The translations under genes and the position numbers were made by a program. From assembly GCA_963736875.1 (NCBI GenBank), contig CAVTQH010000004.1, positions 1,793 through 65,792 on the forward strand: a stretch of DNA of 64,000 nt, read 5' to 3'. A model generated the notes under the pieces. That model was not told the origin of the DNA. It searched no databases and saw only the letters and a list, made by a program, of their open reading frames with translations. This stretch comes from Candidatus Amesbacteria bacterium (GTDB lineage: Bacteria; Patescibacteriota; Microgenomatia; CAZETR01; Amesbacteraceae). Shown here piece by piece: positions 22,545-31,669 of this stretch; position 1 is the first letter of the stretch, and every line of letters starts with the position of its first letter.

Positions 22545-24550
22545 TAATTTGTATGGAGGAAGTAAAAGTACCGGTTGCCGCTCCGATTGTTCACAAAATA
22601 GATGAATTGTCGGCAGGTCCTCCGGTAAAGCAAAAAATGAATCTACCGTCTAAACCAAAATCCAGAAAAATCAGCCTGATATTAATTGTCTTTGCGGGAC
22701 TGGTTGTTATATTGGCACTGTTTTCTTATCTTCTGATAGTCAAACCGGCCCGAAAGTTGGTCTCATCGGTAAAAAGTCTCGAAGTCTCGGGTATGGAGAC
22801 GGTTAATTTTCTCAAAAGTCAGGATTTGGGCGGAGCCAAAAACCAGATGGTTTTGGTAAAACAAAATTTGCAGACCGTGGAAACAGATTTCCGGAAGTTT
22901 AAATGGGCTTCGTTTTTACCGTTTGTCAAAAACTACTATCAGGACGGCTCGCACGGGTTGACGGCTGCCGGACAATTATTATCCGCAGGTGATGTGGCCA
23001 TTGAAACGATAGCCCCGTACGCGGATATTATCGGTTTAAAAGGTCTGTCTCCGACCGGTGACGGTACCAAAACCGCCCAGGATCGGATCAATTTCATAAT
23101 TAATACTCTGGAAAAATTAAAACCCCAGCTGGAAAATATCGGCGGGTATCTGGAATCAGCCAAAAATGAAGTATCTCAAATTAATCCCGACCGTTATCCG
23201 GAAACATTTCAGGGGCAGCCTTTAAGATCCCGGATCAGACAGGGAATCACAATTTTAGACCAGGCTTCAGCTTTGACCAATGACGCCCGGCCGCTTCTGG
23301 AAACCGCGCCGTACATGCTCGGCATGGATTCACCGCGGAAATATCTGGTTATTTTCCAAAACGATGCGGAATTGCGCCCCACGGGGGGATTTATGACGGC
23401 ATACGCCATCCTTCAGGTCAGCAAGGGAAAAATCAGCACTCTTGATTCCGGCGATATGTATACTTTGGACGGTAAATTCCCCAAAAAGATACCCGCTCCC
23501 GCGCCGATTATCAAGTACTTACCCAAAGTCCCTTACTGGAATCTGCGTGACCAGAATCTCTCACCGGATTTTAAAATTTCCATGGATACTTTCTATCCCA
23601 ACTATCTGTTGACCGGTTCTTCTAAGGTGGACGGAATAATTTCCATGGATACCCGGGTTTTGGTGGATATTTTAAAAATAATCGGCAAAATCGGGGTTCC
23701 GGGTTTCGGGAATTTCTCGGCGGATACCGATCCCACCTGCAACTGCCCGCAGGTTTTCTATGCTCTGGAACTGTATGCCGATGTCGAAGGACCGGTAATC
23801 TGGGATTCCGTCAGCGGACGGATAATTTCCAAGCCGGTCAATTACGGCCAAAGAAAGGCGTTTGTCGGACCCATGATGTATTCGATACTGGTTAATGTCA
23901 TGGCCCAGCCAAAAACCAAAATGGCGGATTTATTCAACACTGCCATGAATCTCATCGCCCAAAAACATATTCAGTTTTATTTTACCGACAGCAAGGCTCA
24001 GACGGCCGTCGAAACTTTTAACCTTGCCGGCCGGGTCAGGGACTTTTCCGGGGACTACCTTTTTGTCGTCGATACCAATTTTGCCGGAGCCAAAACCAAT
24101 GCCTGGGTGGAATATACGGCGGATTTAAAAGTAGACGTTGATTCTCAGGGAATTGCCACCAATACCCTGGCCTTAACTTATAAAAATCCCCAGCACTTTT
24201 TTGAAGACCCGCAGACAAAGCTGAAGTTAAACGGCATGTTCCGTGATTGGCTGCGGGTATATCTGCCCAAAGGAAGCGAGCTTCTCGAAGCCAAAGGTTT
24301 TGAAACGGGACAGGCCACCGGCGAAGACCTGGGGAAGACTGTGGTTGAAGGGTTTTTTACTCTCGCCCCGTTAAATAATAAAACCATTACCATTAAATAT
24401 AAATCCGCCGTCAAATCAGATTCCCTGTACAAGTTGCTGATTCAGAAACAGGCGGGAACCAAGGATTTTTCTTACAAGATCACGGTTAACGGGAAAGCTC
24501 AGCCGGAACTGATACTCAACTCTGACCAGGAGCTGTCGATAGCCTACTAA
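22517..24550 (+). CDS. large membrane-anchored extracytoplasmic protein, DUF4012-like
   Basis: 677 aa with an N-terminal TM (ISLILIVFAGLVVILALF). It contains VIFQNDAELRPTGGFMTAYAIL, which I recall as the DUF4012 signature. Such proteins usually sit in polysaccharide loci. Confidence 0.45.
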   Translation: MRKGQRSKLIICMEEVKVPVAAPIVHKIDELSAGPPVKQKMNLPSKPKSRKISLILIVFAGLVVILALFSYLLIVKPARKLVSSVKSLEVSGMETVNFLKSQDLGGAKNQMVLVKQNLQTVETDFRKFKWASFLPFVKNYYQDGSHGLTAAGQLLSAGDVAIETIAPYADIIGLKGLSPTGDGTKTAQDRINFIINTLEKLKPQLENIGGYLESAKNEVSQINPDRYPETFQGQPLRSRIRQGITILDQASALTNDARPLLETAPYMLGMDSPRKYLVIFQNDAELRPTGGFMTAYAILQVSKGKISTLDSGDMYTLDGKFPKKIPAPAPIIKYLPKVPYWNLRDQNLSPDFKISMDTFYPNYLLTGSSKVDGIISMDTRVLVDILKIIGKIGVPGFGNFSADTDPTCNCPQVFYALELYADVEGPVIWDSVSGRIISKPVNYGQRKAFVGPMMYSILVNVMAQPKTKMADLFNTAMNLIAQKHIQFYFTDSKAQTAVETFNLAGRVRDFSGDYLFVVDTNFAGAKTNAWVEYTADLKVDVDSQGIATNTLALTYKNPQHFFEDPQTKLKLNGMFRDWLRVYLPKGSELLEAKGFETGQATGEDLGKTVVEGFFTLAPLNNKTITIKYKSAVKSDSLYKLLIQKQAGTKDFSYKITVNGKAQPELILNSDQELSIAY

Positions 24551-25095
24551 TGCACTCATATTCTCTCGAAGGCATCATTATCAAACGCCGTAATTCGGGC
24601 GAAGCGGACAAAATAATCACCATATTTTCCCTGCAAAAGGGAAAAGTGGTTTTAAAAGCCAAAGGAATCCGAAAACTTAATTCCAAACGGGCCGGTTCCC
24701 TGGAATTGTTTAATCATGTCAAAGTGGCGGCTGTTCCGGGAAAAAGCAATCCGGATGTTTTAACTGAAGTGGTAGTTTTAAACTCCTTCTCTTCCTGGCG
24801 TTCTTTTCTGGGCCGGGTAAATCTGGCTTATCAGATTGTCGAAGCCGTGGACAAACTCACTCCGGAAAACCAGCCCCATCCCAGGGTGTTTGAAATCCTC
24901 AAAACAGCCTTTTTAAATATTGATAAGCTGAATTCCGACTGGGAATCGGAAATCGGGAACTGGATGCTTGAAATTATTAGAGACTTGGGTTATTGGCCTG
25001 ATGATGAGGTATTTACGGGAAATATTTATGAATTTATCGAAGAAATTTCCAACCGTCCTTTCAATTCGCGTAAAATTCTGTCCAAGTTAAAATAA
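24550..25095 (+). CDS. recO: DNA repair protein RecO (short form)
   Basis: N-terminus LEGIIIKRRNSGEADKIITIFSLQKGKVVLKAKGIRK matches the RecO OB-fold. 181 aa with no C-terminal Zn-finger. Confidence 0.5.
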   Translation: MHSYSLEGIIIKRRNSGEADKIITIFSLQKGKVVLKAKGIRKLNSKRAGSLELFNHVKVAAVPGKSNPDVLTEVVVLNSFSSWRSFLGRVNLAYQIVEAVDKLTPENQPHPRVFEILKTAFLNIDKLNSDWESEIGNWMLEIIRDLGYWPDDEVFTGNIYEFIEEISNRPFNSRKILSKLK

Positions 25096-25115
25096 AACTG
25101 TTGTAGAATCATTTT

Positions 25116-26408
25116 ATGGACCTGATGGAAAAAGTTGTTTCTTTGTGCAAAAGAAGGGGATTTGTTTATCCCGGATCGGAAATATACGGGGGTTTAAACG
25201 GCACCTGGGATTTGGGGCCTTTGGGTACGGCACTGGCCAGAAATATCAAACACGAGTGGTGGGCTGATACGGTCCGGGCAAGAGATGATGTGGTAGGTTT
25301 GAATTCCTCAATTCTCCACCATCGCCAGGTCTGGGAAGCATCGGGACACGTGGCTTCTTTTACCGCCCCCCTGATCGAATGTAAAAATTGCCATAACCGC
25401 TTCAGAGCCGATTCTCTGAAAGAAAAATGCCCCGAATGCGGCCTGAAGGAATTTACCCCGGCCCGGCAGTTTAATGAAATGTTTACCACCCACATCGGAT
25501 CCACCGAGGATAAGATATCCGATCTTTATTTAAGACCTGAAACCGCCCAGGGGATATTTATCAATTTTCAGAATGTATTAAATTCCACCCGCGTTACCGT
25601 CCCTTTCGGGATAGCCCAGATCGGAAAAGGTTTCAGAAATGAAATCACTACCGGAAATTTTCTCTTCCGTGTCCGGGAGTTTGAAATGATGGAACTGGAA
25701 TTTTTTGTCGAACCGGGTACGGACCGGAAATGGCATGAATACTGGAAAGACCGGCGTCTGAAATGGTATTCGGATCTGGGCATAAACAGTCAAAATATTA
25801 AAATCGTTGATTTACCCAAGGAAGACATTGCCCACTATTCCAGGGGTACGGCGGAGATCTGGTACAACTGGCCGTTTATGGGTTTCGGCGAACTGGAAGG
25901 CATAGCCAACCGCGGGGACTACGATTTAACCCGGCATGCCAAATCTTCCGGACGGGATCAGTCTTATACCGATCCGGAAACCGGCAAAAAGTATATTCCT
26001 TATGTAATTGAACCGTCAGTGGGAGTCGGCCGGGCGATGCTGGCTTTCCTTGTCGACGGCTATTTCGAGGCTGATAAGCGGGTAATTCTCAAATTGCATC
26101 CTAAACTTGCCCCCTGCACAGTAGCGGTTTTTCCGCTTTTGGCCAACAAACCGGAACTGGTTGAAAAAGCCCGGGAAATCTATCGCCGTTTAAAGCTTGA
26201 AACGGATCTGGCAGTTGCCTGGGACGACCGGGGTAATATCGGCAAGCGTTACTACGCCCAGGACGAAATAGGCACACCCTGGTGTCTTACAGTCGATTTC
26301 CAGACTATGGAGGATAACTCGGTTACCGTCCGTGACCGGGATACGGCTAAACAGGAGCGGGTCGGTATCGACCGGCTTGACACTTATTTCTCTTCGAAGT
26401 TAAAGTAA
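25116..26408 (+). CDS. glyQS: glycine--tRNA ligase (dimeric class II GlyQS type)
   Basis: Intact 430 aa: RGFVYPGSEIYGGLNGTWDLGPLG...FRNEITTGNFLFRVREFEMMELEFF. Confidence 0.85.
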   Translation: MDLMEKVVSLCKRRGFVYPGSEIYGGLNGTWDLGPLGTALARNIKHEWWADTVRARDDVVGLNSSILHHRQVWEASGHVASFTAPLIECKNCHNRFRADSLKEKCPECGLKEFTPARQFNEMFTTHIGSTEDKISDLYLRPETAQGIFINFQNVLNSTRVTVPFGIAQIGKGFRNEITTGNFLFRVREFEMMELEFFVEPGTDRKWHEYWKDRRLKWYSDLGINSQNIKIVDLPKEDIAHYSRGTAEIWYNWPFMGFGELEGIANRGDYDLTRHAKSSGRDQSYTDPETGKKYIPYVIEPSVGVGRAMLAFLVDGYFEADKRVILKLHPKLAPCTVAVFPLLANKPELVEKAREIYRRLKLETDLAVAWDDRGNIGKRYYAQDEIGTPWCLTVDFQTMEDNSVTVRDRDTAKQERVGIDRLDTYFSSKLK

Positions 26409-26411
26409 ATC

Positions 26412-26908
26412 TGTGAACAAAGTAATCCCCATAGTCCTTAATTCTGATATTTGCGGTTGCCGGAATATTTTTAATTTCCCGGAAACCGGCTGTCAAACCC
26501 GGTAACACTCCCACACCCACTCCTACCAAAGTGGAGCAGCTGGCCCCCGATAAACAGCCGCAGGTCAGCCTGGAATTTTCCCCTGACGGTCATTACGTCA
26601 CCATTGATATGGAGAATATTCAGGCTTCCCAGCTCGAATACAATCTGATATACGATGCCACAGTTAAAAAGACCCAGATAAATACCGGTGTCTCCGGCGG
26701 CAGCAAGGATTTACAGGGTAAAACCACTTTCAGTTACAAACAGCTTTTGGGCAGTGAAAGCAGTGGTAAATTTACTTTTCATGAAAGTATCCGTAATGCC
26801 TACATGGAAGTAACTCTGCGAAACCAGGCCGGTTATTCCGTCTTTTCCGCCACTTACCCTTTTACGGTCACTGCCGGTAAGTCCATTTCTCTGACTCCTT
26901 CGGAATAA
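26412..26908 (+). CDS. hypothetical membrane-anchored protein with Pro/Thr linker (frameshift near 26440)
   Basis: GTG start (VNKVIPIVL), then a 1-nt shift into ILIFAVAGIFLISRKPAVKPGNTPTPTPTKVEQ..., continuing as ORF 26531-26908. Confidence 0.3.
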
Positions 26909-26946
26909 ACTCCCCGGGATAGCATAATTTTCGCCTTTTGTTTGTC

Positions 26947-27002
26947 TTGACACGTCTGTGAAAACGGATCATAGTGGTAACAAGTGGTATAAAGTGGTAA
27001 AT
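26947..27002 (+). promoter_or_regulatory. dcw-cluster promoter (-35 TTGACA) with three 10-bp-phased GTGGTA direct repeats (MraZ operator)
   Basis: TTGACA at 26947-26952. AGTGGTAA at 26973, AGTGGTAT at 26983 and AGTGGTAA at 26993, exactly 10 bp apart. They end 11 nt upstream of the mraZ ATG (27013). Confidence 0.55.
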
Positions 27003-27012
27003 ATCTAAACAT

Positions 27013-27444
27013 ATGTTTATAGGTCAATACGAACATCATTTGGAGAAAAAAGGGCGGCTTTCCGTACCCAAAAAGTTTCGCTCTCAGTTGGAAAACGGAG
27101 GTGTTTTAAGCCAGGGTCTGGACGGATGTCTCTTTCTCTACCCCAAAGCTGCCTGGATGCAATTAGTAGCCAAAGTGTCGGAACTGCCTTTAACCAAAGC
27201 TGATGCCCGGGATTTTACCCGCGGCTTGAGTTTCGGCGCTGTCGAAGTGGAAACAGATTCTTTAGGCCGGATTCTCATCCCCGACTATTTGCGTCAGTTC
27301 GCCGGCATTAAAACTGACTGCATGATTGCCGGGGCTGTTGACCGGGTTGAAATCTGGGCTACAGACAGGTTTGTCAAATACACCACCCAAATTAATTCCC
27401 GGCGTGAGGAGATTGCCGAAAAGCTCTCCGAAGCCGGAATTTAA
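27013..27444 (+). CDS. mraZ: transcriptional regulator MraZ
   Basis: 143 aa: MFIGQYEHHLEKKGRLSVPKKFR...GRILIPDYLRQFAGI (two MraZ/SpoVT-AbrB repeats). Confidence 0.85.
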   Translation: MFIGQYEHHLEKKGRLSVPKKFRSQLENGGVLSQGLDGCLFLYPKAAWMQLVAKVSELPLTKADARDFTRGLSFGAVEVETDSLGRILIPDYLRQFAGIKTDCMIAGAVDRVEIWATDRFVKYTTQINSRREEIAEKLSEAGI

Positions 27445-27446
27445 CC

Positions 27447-28286
27447 ATGGGCGAGTATCATGTTCCTGTTCTTTTACAATCAGTTTGCACTTTACTTAAG
27501 GTAGAACCCGGAGCGCGGTACATCGATGCTACCTTGGGTGGTGGAGGACATGCCGCAGCCATTATTCGCCTGGGGGGAGAAGTGCTCGGGCTTGATCAGG
27601 ATCCAGATGCTTTGTCTGCCTGCCCTGATCTGGACCATTTGATTAAAGTCCGAGCCAACTTCATCCACCTGGAGGAAACTGCAAAGGCACACCAATGGTT
27701 TCCCGTTGCCGGGGTAATTTTTGATTTGGGTGTTTCTGCCCATCAAATTTCCACCCCTGACCGCGGTTTCTCGTTTCAATTAAACGGACCGCTGGATATG
27801 CGCATGGACCCGTTACTTAGGGTAACCGCGGCTGACCTGATAAACGCCTTAAACCTGAAAGATTTAGTAAAAATCATGCGTGATTTCGGGCAGGTTTCTT
27901 CGGCAGAAAGTCTTTGCCGCAGGATTATTGCCTCAAGACCGATTACAACTACCGGTCAACTGGCTCAAATCCTTCCCGGACCCGATGTCCGCCGTCAGGT
28001 TTTTCAGGCTTTAAGAATTGCGGTCAATGATGAACTGGGGGCACTGAAAACGGCTTTACCCCAGGCGTTATCACTGTTGAATCCCGGAGGCAGATTGGCA
28101 GTAATCAGTTTTCATTCTCTGGAAGACAGGCTGGTTAAAACGCAATTTTTAGCTTGGGAAAAGCAGGGGATGGGGGAAATACTTACACCTAAACCCGTAA
28201 TTGCTGATGAAGCAGAAGCCAAAGCCAATCCCAAAAGTAAAAGTGCCAAACTCAGAGCATTTCAAAAATTATATGAAAAAAATTAA
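27447..28286 (+). CDS. rsmH: 16S rRNA (cytosine1402-N4)-methyltransferase RsmH
   Basis: YHVPVLL...DATLGGGGHAAAI...FHSLEDRLVK. Confidence 0.85.
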   Translation: MGEYHVPVLLQSVCTLLKVEPGARYIDATLGGGGHAAAIIRLGGEVLGLDQDPDALSACPDLDHLIKVRANFIHLEETAKAHQWFPVAGVIFDLGVSAHQISTPDRGFSFQLNGPLDMRMDPLLRVTAADLINALNLKDLVKIMRDFGQVSSAESLCRRIIASRPITTTGQLAQILPGPDVRRQVFQALRIAVNDELGALKTALPQALSLLNPGGRLAVISFHSLEDRLVKTQFLAWEKQGMGEILTPKPVIADEAEAKANPKSKSAKLRAFQKLYEKN

Positions 28287-28557
28287 CATAATTCTCATTA
28301 CCTACCTGCTGGCCGGGCTGTTAGTCGTATTGCAGGTGTTTTATTCCAGCAGTCGGGCTACCGACGGTGATCTCTTAAGCGGCTTGAATGCCAGATTAGA
28401 CTCTCTTACTCTGGAAAATGAGCGGCTTCGGGCTGAAATATTCGCGTATACATCAATAGAAAATGTTCAAAAATATGCCCAGGACAGTCAAATGATTCCT
28501 GCAATCGTCAGAAATCTCAGTTCTGTTTCCGTCGCCTCCCTTCTGGGACAGCCATGA
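28273..28557 (+). CDS. ftsL: cell division protein FtsL-like (single TM + coiled coil)
   Basis: ATG at 28273 (MKKINIILITYLLAGLLVVLQVF...LENERLRAEIF). It overlaps the rsmH end and sits between rsmH and ftsI. Confidence 0.5.
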   Translation: MKKINIILITYLLAGLLVVLQVFYSSSRATDGDLLSGLNARLDSLTLENERLRAEIFAYTSIENVQKYAQDSQMIPAIVRNLSSVSVASLLGQP

Positions 28558-30243
28558 TCCGCCGGATTAAGTTACTGCAATTATTTTTTTGTCTCTGGTT
28601 TTTCCTGCTTTTTTTGCGTTTAACTTATTGGCAAATAATTAAAGCCTCGGTGCTGGGAAAGACCGGGCTCTCCCAATATGATCGGATGATTCTACTTCCC
28701 GCCCAAAGAGGGGAGATCAGAAGTTCTGACAATTACCCCTTGGTCGGCAACGGTGAAAGTTACATGTCCTATATCGAACCGGAAAAATTCGAGCTTAAAC
28801 CCCGGGAAAGTTTAGATTTTTACAATTTATTACCGGCTTCGGATAGTGCCCGTAAAATTATTTCCGAAGCTTCCCGGTCGCGTCTTTTTTGGATGTCTTT
28901 GGCTCACGGAATCAGTCCCGAAGCCAAAGCCAGACTGGAAGAGCTTAAAATACCGGGGCTGGGCTTTGAATACGAGCCGGTAAGAACATATCCTGAAGGT
29001 ACGGGCAGTGCTTACCTGACCGGATTTGTGGGTAAAAACGAGATGGGAGGAGCCCAGGGATATTTCGGCCTTGAGGGATTTTATGACCGGGTCTTATCAG
29101 GAAAACCCGGAAAGTTGCTTCAGGAACTGGATGCTTTGGGTAAGCCGATGTTAATCGGTTCACAGGATAAAATTCTGCCTCAACCGGGTCAAAACCTGAT
29201 TACCTCCATAGACCGGACAATTCAGCATCTGGCATATCAGCATTTAACCGAAGGTCTGGCAAAATATCAGGCTAAATCCGGAACGGTATCCGTAATGGAT
29301 GTGCAAACGGGAAATATTTTAGCCATGGTCAGTCTTCCGGGGTACGATCCGAAAGTCTATACCCGGTATCCCCAGAATTTATATCCCAACCCGATTATCT
29401 CCGAAGGTTACGAACCCGGATCGACATTTAAAACGATTGTCATGGCTTCCGCTTTGGACGCCGGCGTGGTTATTCCCGACACGGTTTGTGAAACCTGTAC
29501 CGGGCCGCAATCAATCTCCGGATATTCTCTGAAAAATTATAATGACCGGTATTATCCCAAATCAACCATGACCGATGTGATTCTCCACTCCGACAATGTG
29601 GGCATGATCTTTGTCGGCCGAAAATTGGGAAAATCACAAATACTGTCTTACGTCAGAAAGTTTGGGTTCGGAAAGCTTTCAGGCATTGATTTACAGGAAG
29701 AGGATACTCCCGAAATCCGTCCGGACGACCAGTGGCAGGATGTGGATTGGGCAACAGTGGCCTTTGGCCAGGGAATAGCCGTTACAAGGCTGCAAATGCT
29801 GACTGCTGTAAATGCGATCGCCTCAGGCGGTAATCTTTTTCCCCCGCGGCTGGTGACGGGAATAGAAACTGATGGCCAGGTCAAAAAAATTACCCCATCC
29901 TTACCGGTCAGGGTAATTTCTCAAAAAGCCGCCGCCACCATGACGGCAATGATGATTAACGGAGTTAATAACGGAGAGGTCAGATATTACAAAGTACCCG
30001 GTTACACCGTAGCCGGGAAAACCGGTACCGCCCAGGTCCCGATTGCCGGTCATTATGACGAGGAAAAGTTAATTGCTTCCTTCGTCGGTTTTGCGCCTGC
30101 GGAAAATCCCGAAATTTACCATGCTGGTTACTTTAAGGGAACCCCAGACTTCCCCCTGGGGCAGTACAACCGCGGCCCCGCTTTGGTTTGGCATTGCCGA
30201 GGGGATATTCAGATACCTCCATCTCCCGCCAAAGCTGAGGTAG
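28554..30243 (+). CDS. ftsI: class B penicillin-binding protein FtsI (C-terminus frameshifted near 30110)
   Basis: N-terminal TM; transpeptidase motifs STFK, HSDNVG, KTGTA. After GAAAATCCCGAAATTT the native tail is in another frame (TMLVTLREPQTSPWGSTTAAPLWFGIAEGIF...*). Confidence 0.8.
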
Positions 30244-30277
30244 AAATCAAAATGGACTATAATTACCCAAGAATCAA

Positions 30278-30625
30278 ATGAAAAAACACCACATTTCGTT
30301 TAAGCATGCCTGGGACGGAATACTCATCGGTTTCAAAACCCAGCCCAACTTTAAAGTACATTTAACATTATCGGTTCTGGCAGTTATTTTAGGCTTGGTT
30401 CTGCATCTTTCCCACCTGGAATGGGTAATTATTCTGATGGTTATTTCCGCCGGACTGGCCATAGAGTTGATTAATACCGCCATCGAGTTTACCGTGGATC
30501 TGTTAACCCAGGAGTACCAGCTTCTGGCCAAATTTGCCAAAGACACTTCAGCGGCTGCGATGCTTCTATATGCCTTATTTTCAGTACTTATTGCCGCACT
30601 TATCTTTATACCAAAGCTGGTATAG
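30278..30625 (+). CDS. dgkA: diacylglycerol/undecaprenol kinase DgkA family
   Basis: 115 aa with 3 TM. VISAGLAIELINTAIEFTVDL...AKDTSAAAMLL aligns with the E. coli DgkA core. Confidence 0.7.
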   Translation: MKKHHISFKHAWDGILIGFKTQPNFKVHLTLSVLAVILGLVLHLSHLEWVIILMVISAGLAIELINTAIEFTVDLLTQEYQLLAKFAKDTSAAAMLLYALFSVLIAALIFIPKLV

Positions 30626-30627
30626 CA

Positions 30628-31668
30628 ATGGCTCTTTACCTGGGTCTGGTAATCTTCTCCTTCATCATTACCGGTATGGCTATTCTTCCCTTTATTGATC
30701 TTTTATACCGGCTGCATCTTACCCACCATCATTCCATCGCCCCTCTTACGACGGAGGAAACGAAAGAATTCAAAGCCTTAAATTCCCGTCAGATGTGGAA
30801 AATCGGAACTCCGATCGGCGGAGGTTTGTTAATTATTTTTGTTACAGCAGTATTGTATGCACTGCTTTTCCCGATATTTTCCGCCTCCGGTGTTTATATC
30901 ACCACGGTTTTTCCCTTCAAAGAAGAATTAAACATCATTTTCTTCACTTTCATTTCCTTCGGTCTACTGGGCCTGTACGATGACATCATTAAAATATTTA
31001 ACCTGCCTCAGCCCAAATATGCCACCTACTTCTGGCCAAAACGCAAAAACTTCTTCATAGTTTTATTGTCATTTGTCGTGGCATTAACTTTGTATATCAA
31101 TTTTAATATTCAAATTATTCACGTTCCTTTTCTTGGGGTAATTGATATCGGTTGGGGATATCTTCCCCTGGCGACGGCCATCATTGCCGGATTTTGTAAA
31201 GCTTTCGACATCACTGACGGTCTGGACGGATTGGCCGGCGGAGCGCTTTTAATATCCTTGCTGGCTTTTTGGGGAATATCCCTGGCTGCTCTGGATACGG
31301 TAATTTCGGTTTTTATTGCCCTTTGGATCGGAGGGCTGCTGGCGTTTTTGTATTTTAATGTTTACCCCGCCCGTATCTGGCTCGGAAACGGGGGCAGCCT
31401 GTCTTTCGGTGCCACACTGGCAGTGGTGGGGCTTTTATTGGGTAAAACCTTTGCCCTGATCATCGTCGGTTTGGTTTTTGTGGCCGAAGCTTCTTCTCAG
31501 ATTATTCAGATACTATCAGTTAAATTTCGTTCCCGAAAGATTTTTCCGGTAACACCGGTCCATTATTGGCTGCAGAACATCGGTTGGCCGGAGCCGAAAG
31601 TAGTCTTCCGTTTATGGCTGGCGGCAATTATGTCAGCGGTAATCGGACTATGGCTGGCCACTTTTTAA
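30628..31668 (+). CDS. mraY: phospho-N-acetylmuramoyl-pentapeptide transferase MraY-like (divergent motifs)
   Basis: YDDI (DD motif) and KAFDITDGLDGLAGG. The C-terminal RKIFPVTPVHYWLQNIGWPEPKV aligns to E. coli [22 protein letters not shown]. Position is ftsI-mraY-ftsW. Confidence 0.75.
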   Translation: MALYLGLVIFSFIITGMAILPFIDLLYRLHLTHHHSIAPLTTEETKEFKALNSRQMWKIGTPIGGGLLIIFVTAVLYALLFPIFSASGVYITTVFPFKEELNIIFFTFISFGLLGLYDDIIKIFNLPQPKYATYFWPKRKNFFIVLLSFVVALTLYINFNIQIIHVPFLGVIDIGWGYLPLATAIIAGFCKAFDITDGLDGLAGGALLISLLAFWGISLAALDTVISVFIALWIGGLLAFLYFNVYPARIWLGNGGSLSFGATLAVVGLLLGKTFALIIVGLVFVAEASSQIIQILSVKFRSRKIFPVTPVHYWLQNIGWPEPKVVFRLWLAAIMSAVIGLWLATF

Positions 31669-31669
31669 T

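Noticed and set aside
25166-25793. Minus-strand ORFs of 61-112 aa inside glyQS
   Set aside because: They lie antisense to an intact, well-conserved glycyl-tRNA synthetase gene.
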